From positions 64,001-128,000 of the IMG/VR virus record IMGVR_UViG_3300037781_000042: a stretch of DNA of 64,000 bases. One strand, given 5' to 3'. Below are positions 60,649-64,000 of this stretch, piece by piece (the first letter of the stretch is position 1; each line of letters opens with the position of its first letter). This DNA comes from a virus (lineage: Duplodnaviria; Caudoviricetes). The notes beneath the pieces are model-generated. The model saw only the letters and a list, made by a program, of their open reading frames with translations. It made no database searches and had not been told where the DNA came from. A program made the position numbers and the translations under genes.

Positions 60649-61017
60649 TTATATATTTTTATTAAAAATTTCAAAGAAATCTTCAAGTATCTTTTCGTTG
60701 CCCATTTTATAATAAATAAGTTTTAATTCTTCGACTGAATTATCTTTTATAGATAATAAACTATTATAACCGCTTTCATTATCATAATAAAAGAATTCAG
60801 CATGAAAGAATAAGTATTTAAAATTCCAACTTATACATATAGAATCATCATCTACTCCATATATTCTAATTTCACCTTCAATTAAATGAAGATAATTTTT
60901 AAAATGTTTTATAAACTCTTTGTATGCATGATTTATCCCTTGCCTTTCAGTTTCACTAGGACTTTTTAGTTTACTAATTTCTTCTTGTATTTTATTTTTT
61001 ACTTCACGTAAAGTCAT
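60649..61017 (-). CDS. Hypothetical protein
   Basis: ORF track. Confidence 0.65.
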   Translation of the reverse strand: MTLREVKNKIQEEISKLKSPSETERQGINHAYKEFIKHFKNYLHLIEGEIRIYGVDDDSICISWNFKYLFFHAEFFYYDNESGYNSLLSIKDNSVEELKLIYYKMGNEKILEDFFEIFNKNI

Positions 61018-61071
61018 TTTATATTCCTGCTGTTTTAATTATTTTAACTTAATAAAATTTTTCTTCATATA

Positions 61072-61103
61072 AAAACTTTTTACATTTTTAAAAGTATTAT
61101 TAA
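61072..61103 (+). promoter_or_regulatory. Class-2 promoter candidate (copy 3) upstream of helicase
   Basis: AAAACTTTT-TACATTTTTA-AAAGTATTATTAA, 2 nt before ATG. Confidence 0.55.
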
Positions 61104-61105
61104 AC

Positions 61106-62815
61106 ATGAAAATTAAATATTCACAAGAAAGATTACATCAAATAATTGATGAATTATTTCCAAATTTAGAATTTAGGAAATATCAAAAAGAAGCAATAGT
61201 AATGATTTTGCAAGCATATCAAAATGACCCAAAATCAAATGTTATTTTAGATGCCCCTACAGGAACTGGAAAATCTATAATAGCTTTAGTTTCTTCTAAA
61301 GTTTTATCTAGTCAATACTTTAAGAAGGAATGTTATATTTTAACTTCTGAAACTTATTTACAGGATCAGTACGAAAAATCTGTTGCACAATTTGATTTTA
61401 AAGCTCCTTCTATAAAAGGAATTGATAGATACAATTGTACTATTAATTTAGATAAAATTTCTTTAGGAGACTGTAAAATAAAAGGAATTACAGGGCAAGC
61501 TTTAAGAAAATTGGATTGCTATTCTACATGTCCTTATTATTCCAGAAGAGATGCTGCTTCAAGATCAAAAATAGCAGTATTGAATTATAATTACTGGATA
61601 ATTCAACAAACTTTTGTAAATGCTACAACCGATCATCCATTATTTACTAAGAGAGATGCAACATTTTTTGATGAAGCTCACAACATAGTTCAAATAGTAA
61701 ATAATCACTTTTCTCCTAGGATAACTGAATCTATTCCAAAAAGAGCAAAAACGATATTAGAATACTATTCTTCTAAAAATTTAATTTCTTCTAAAAGAAA
61801 ATCTGAGCTTTTAAATCATGTATCTAGATTAGTTACTTCTATTTTAGCAGGAATAGATAATAATGATTTTGGAAATTTGGTAGAATTAAAACATACTTTG
61901 AAAGATATTTTAATTCCTTCTGATCAAGTTAGAGGAGCTACTTTATTTGGAACCGATACTCAATTAAATACAGAACAAAGAAAGTGTTTATCAGCAGTAG
62001 ATTTTATAAAGGATGTTCATTGTAAAGTAGAAGATTATATTGATATTATTGCAAAAAACGTAAAAGAACTTTTAGTTAGAACTGAAAAAGAAAATGAAGT
62101 TGCTTATTTTTGTTCAGATGAAAGTTATATGATGGAAAAACAATTTCATAAATATTACAATTTTGGAGTATTTATGAGTGCTACTTTTTTAAATCATGAT
62201 TTCTTTGTAAAATATAGTAATATGAAAAATGTACAAGTAATCAAAATACCAACTACATTTGATTTTTCTAAATCTCCTATTTATTATAGTAAGAAATTTA
62301 ATATGAGTTTCTATAAGAAAAAAGAATCTAGACCTGGACAAGCAGAGAAAATAAATGAAATAGTAAATAAATATGAGTCGGGAATTATTCATACAGGATC
62401 TTATGAAAATGCAAATTATTTAAAAGATACTATTAAAAATAAAAAGATTAAGTATTATAAAAATACGACAGAGAAAAAAGAACTTATAGAAAAATTGAGT
62501 GAGGATAAGAATTTCTTTATTGCCGGTCCAAGTTTATTAGAAGGATTAGATTTAGCAGGAGAAATTTCAAGATGTCAAATATTTATGAAAATTCCTTTTT
62601 TAAATTTAGGAGATAGATTTACAAAGGTACGATTTGACAAAAATAAATTATGGTATGCCTGGGAAACTTCATTAAATTTTGTTCAAGGTATAGGAAGATC
62701 AAATAGATTTGTAGAAGATTATTGTGATACTTATATTTTAGATTCGAGTTTTGAAAGACTAAGACAAGCAAAAATGATACCTGAGTATATAGAAAACAGA
62801 ATTCAAATAATTTAA
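61106..62815 (+). CDS. DinG/XPD-family SF2 helicase with putative Fe-S cluster
   Basis: LDAPTGTGKS; FFDEAHN; four Cys C..C..C..CPYY; LLEGLDL...IFMKIPF; QGIGRSNR. Confidence 0.85.
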   Translation: MKIKYSQERLHQIIDELFPNLEFRKYQKEAIVMILQAYQNDPKSNVILDAPTGTGKSIIALVSSKVLSSQYFKKECYILTSETYLQDQYEKSVAQFDFKAPSIKGIDRYNCTINLDKISLGDCKIKGITGQALRKLDCYSTCPYYSRRDAASRSKIAVLNYNYWIIQQTFVNATTDHPLFTKRDATFFDEAHNIVQIVNNHFSPRITESIPKRAKTILEYYSSKNLISSKRKSELLNHVSRLVTSILAGIDNNDFGNLVELKHTLKDILIPSDQVRGATLFGTDTQLNTEQRKCLSAVDFIKDVHCKVEDYIDIIAKNVKELLVRTEKENEVAYFCSDESYMMEKQFHKYYNFGVFMSATFLNHDFFVKYSNMKNVQVIKIPTTFDFSKSPIYYSKKFNMSFYKKKESRPGQAEKINEIVNKYESGIIHTGSYENANYLKDTIKNKKIKYYKNTTEKKELIEKLSEDKNFFIAGPSLLEGLDLAGEISRCQIFMKIPFLNLGDRFTKVRFDKNKLWYAWETSLNFVQGIGRSNRFVEDYCDTYILDSSFERLRQAKMIPEYIENRIQII

Positions 62816-62831
62816 AAGGAAGAAGATAAGT

Positions 62832-64000
62832 ATGGATATTGTTAAAGTAGATATAGGAACAGAAGAAATTCTTGTTGTTGATGGTGAACCTAGATTTGGA
62901 GCGAACCTACTTGACGGATTTCCTACTGATTTTTTAGGTTTAATAATTTTAGGTTATCAAACAGGTAGAAAAAATCAACCTTTAAGATATAAAGAATTGG
63001 AATTTGGGGGCCATGAAGATTTTAAAAAATGGTTAGAAAAAACAAAAGGGAGAGTTTAAAATGAAAGGATTTTTATCAATATCAGTAATTGGGATTATAG
63101 CAGTAGTTCTACTTGGAGCGTATTATTATTCAACGGTTGAATTTGTTGAATTAAAAGTAAATGATAAAGAAATAACAGTATCTGGAAATCATGAAAATAC
63201 TTCAAGTAAATATTTAATATTCACAGATGATGAAGTTTTTGAAAATACCGATAGTTGGTTGTTTTTAAAATTCAATAGTTCTGATATTCAAAATAAATTG
63301 AAACCAAATAAAAAGTATGTTGTAAAAGTGGTTGGATGGAGAATTCCGTTTTTATCAATGTACAGAAATGTATTGGAGGTACACAAATGAAAATACAAAA
63401 TGTAACCATAGAACCTAATGAATGGGGAGAAGGAGAAAGATTTCTATTATTAATTGACGGGGAAGAAGTTTTATCAGCAGGAAGCGGAGAACCTGAAGAT
63501 AATAGTTTAGGAAGAGATTTATCTTTTGTTTATAAAATTTCAGAATTTATGAAATCTTCATACGAAGCAGGAGTAAGAAAAGAACCTTTGAACGTTGAAA
63601 ATCTATCGTTTGATGATTGGGAACAATATGAGAACTGGAAAGGAAATGGAAAATAATTTTGAAAGAATTACCGTAAAGCTTATTTTAGGAACATTATTAA
63701 TTTTTGTTTTAACTTATGCTTTTTTAGTAAAATATTTCAGTGTCACTGAAATGTGGATAACATCATTTATAGTAACATCTATTATTGTATATTTAGAAGA
63801 AAGGAAAAAATGAATAGTATTTTAAAAACAACTATTAAAGAAGAAGGAAATATAGTCCAAATCATAGTTTATGTAGACTATAAAGAAGTATGTAACCTAG
63901 ACGGAGAAGATTTAGGAAATTGGGACTGCGAAATTAACAATTTAACAGAATTATTTAAAATTGACTTTGATTCTTATGTAGAAATAGAATTTGAATCTAT
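62832..64000 (+). other. Small hypothetical ORFs (62832..63059, 63061..63390 signal-anchored, 63387..63656, 63646..63813 two-TM, 63810..>64000 partial)
   Basis: ORF track with manually adjusted starts; overlapping ATGA junctions. Confidence 0.65.

Noticed and set aside
364-62392. Short ORFs antisense to real genes (e.g. 364..546+, 2111..2296+, 13659..13964-, 23620..24006+, 48575..49039+, 62189..62392-)
   Set aside because: Shadow ORFs fully overlapping better-supported genes, with F/L/S/I-biased composition and no RBS.
1-64000. Stop-codon reassignment (TAG/TGA recoding)
   Set aside because: The standard code gives dense, abutting ORFs and intact long genes; the few broken ORFs involve TAA or a frameshift.

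Overview
Very AT-rich segment of a large tailed (jumbo/huge, probably contractile-tailed) bacteriophage genome, read in the standard genetic code. Most of the window is dense minus-strand operons of small hypothetical genes, each headed by a near-identical ~50-bp promoter-like repeat (8 copies). A plus-strand structural block (7005-19869) holds a 1917-aa putative virion protein with an internal metzincin motif, a collagen-containing fibre-like protein and a T4 gp6-like baseplate wedge protein. Inside this block is a transposase-less TnpB cassette flanked by two diverged copies of the 3' end of the 1917-aa gene. Its predicted guide matches the displaced allele, not the restored one, which suggests an RNA-guided homing element that repairs its own target gene. 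Other recognisable functions: ECF-type sigma factor with a candidate three-site regulon, NAD+ salvage pair (Nampt plus NadM-Nudix fused to two Fis-like HTHs), two AAA ATPases, Panacea/SocA-like protein, stand-alone ValRS C-terminal arm, NadR-like kinase, YopX, PspA, Fe-S DinG-like helicase, a complete tmRNA (tag DETQYASLAA) and a 128-nt tRNA-like RNA whose anticodon region is replaced by a ~77-nt structured insert. Two expanded paralogue families populate the accessory region. The tmRNA tag and one promoter copy resemble Bacteroidota/FCB signals, yet many genes carry strong Shine-Dalgarno sequences. All assignments come from manual motif recognition; no searches were run.
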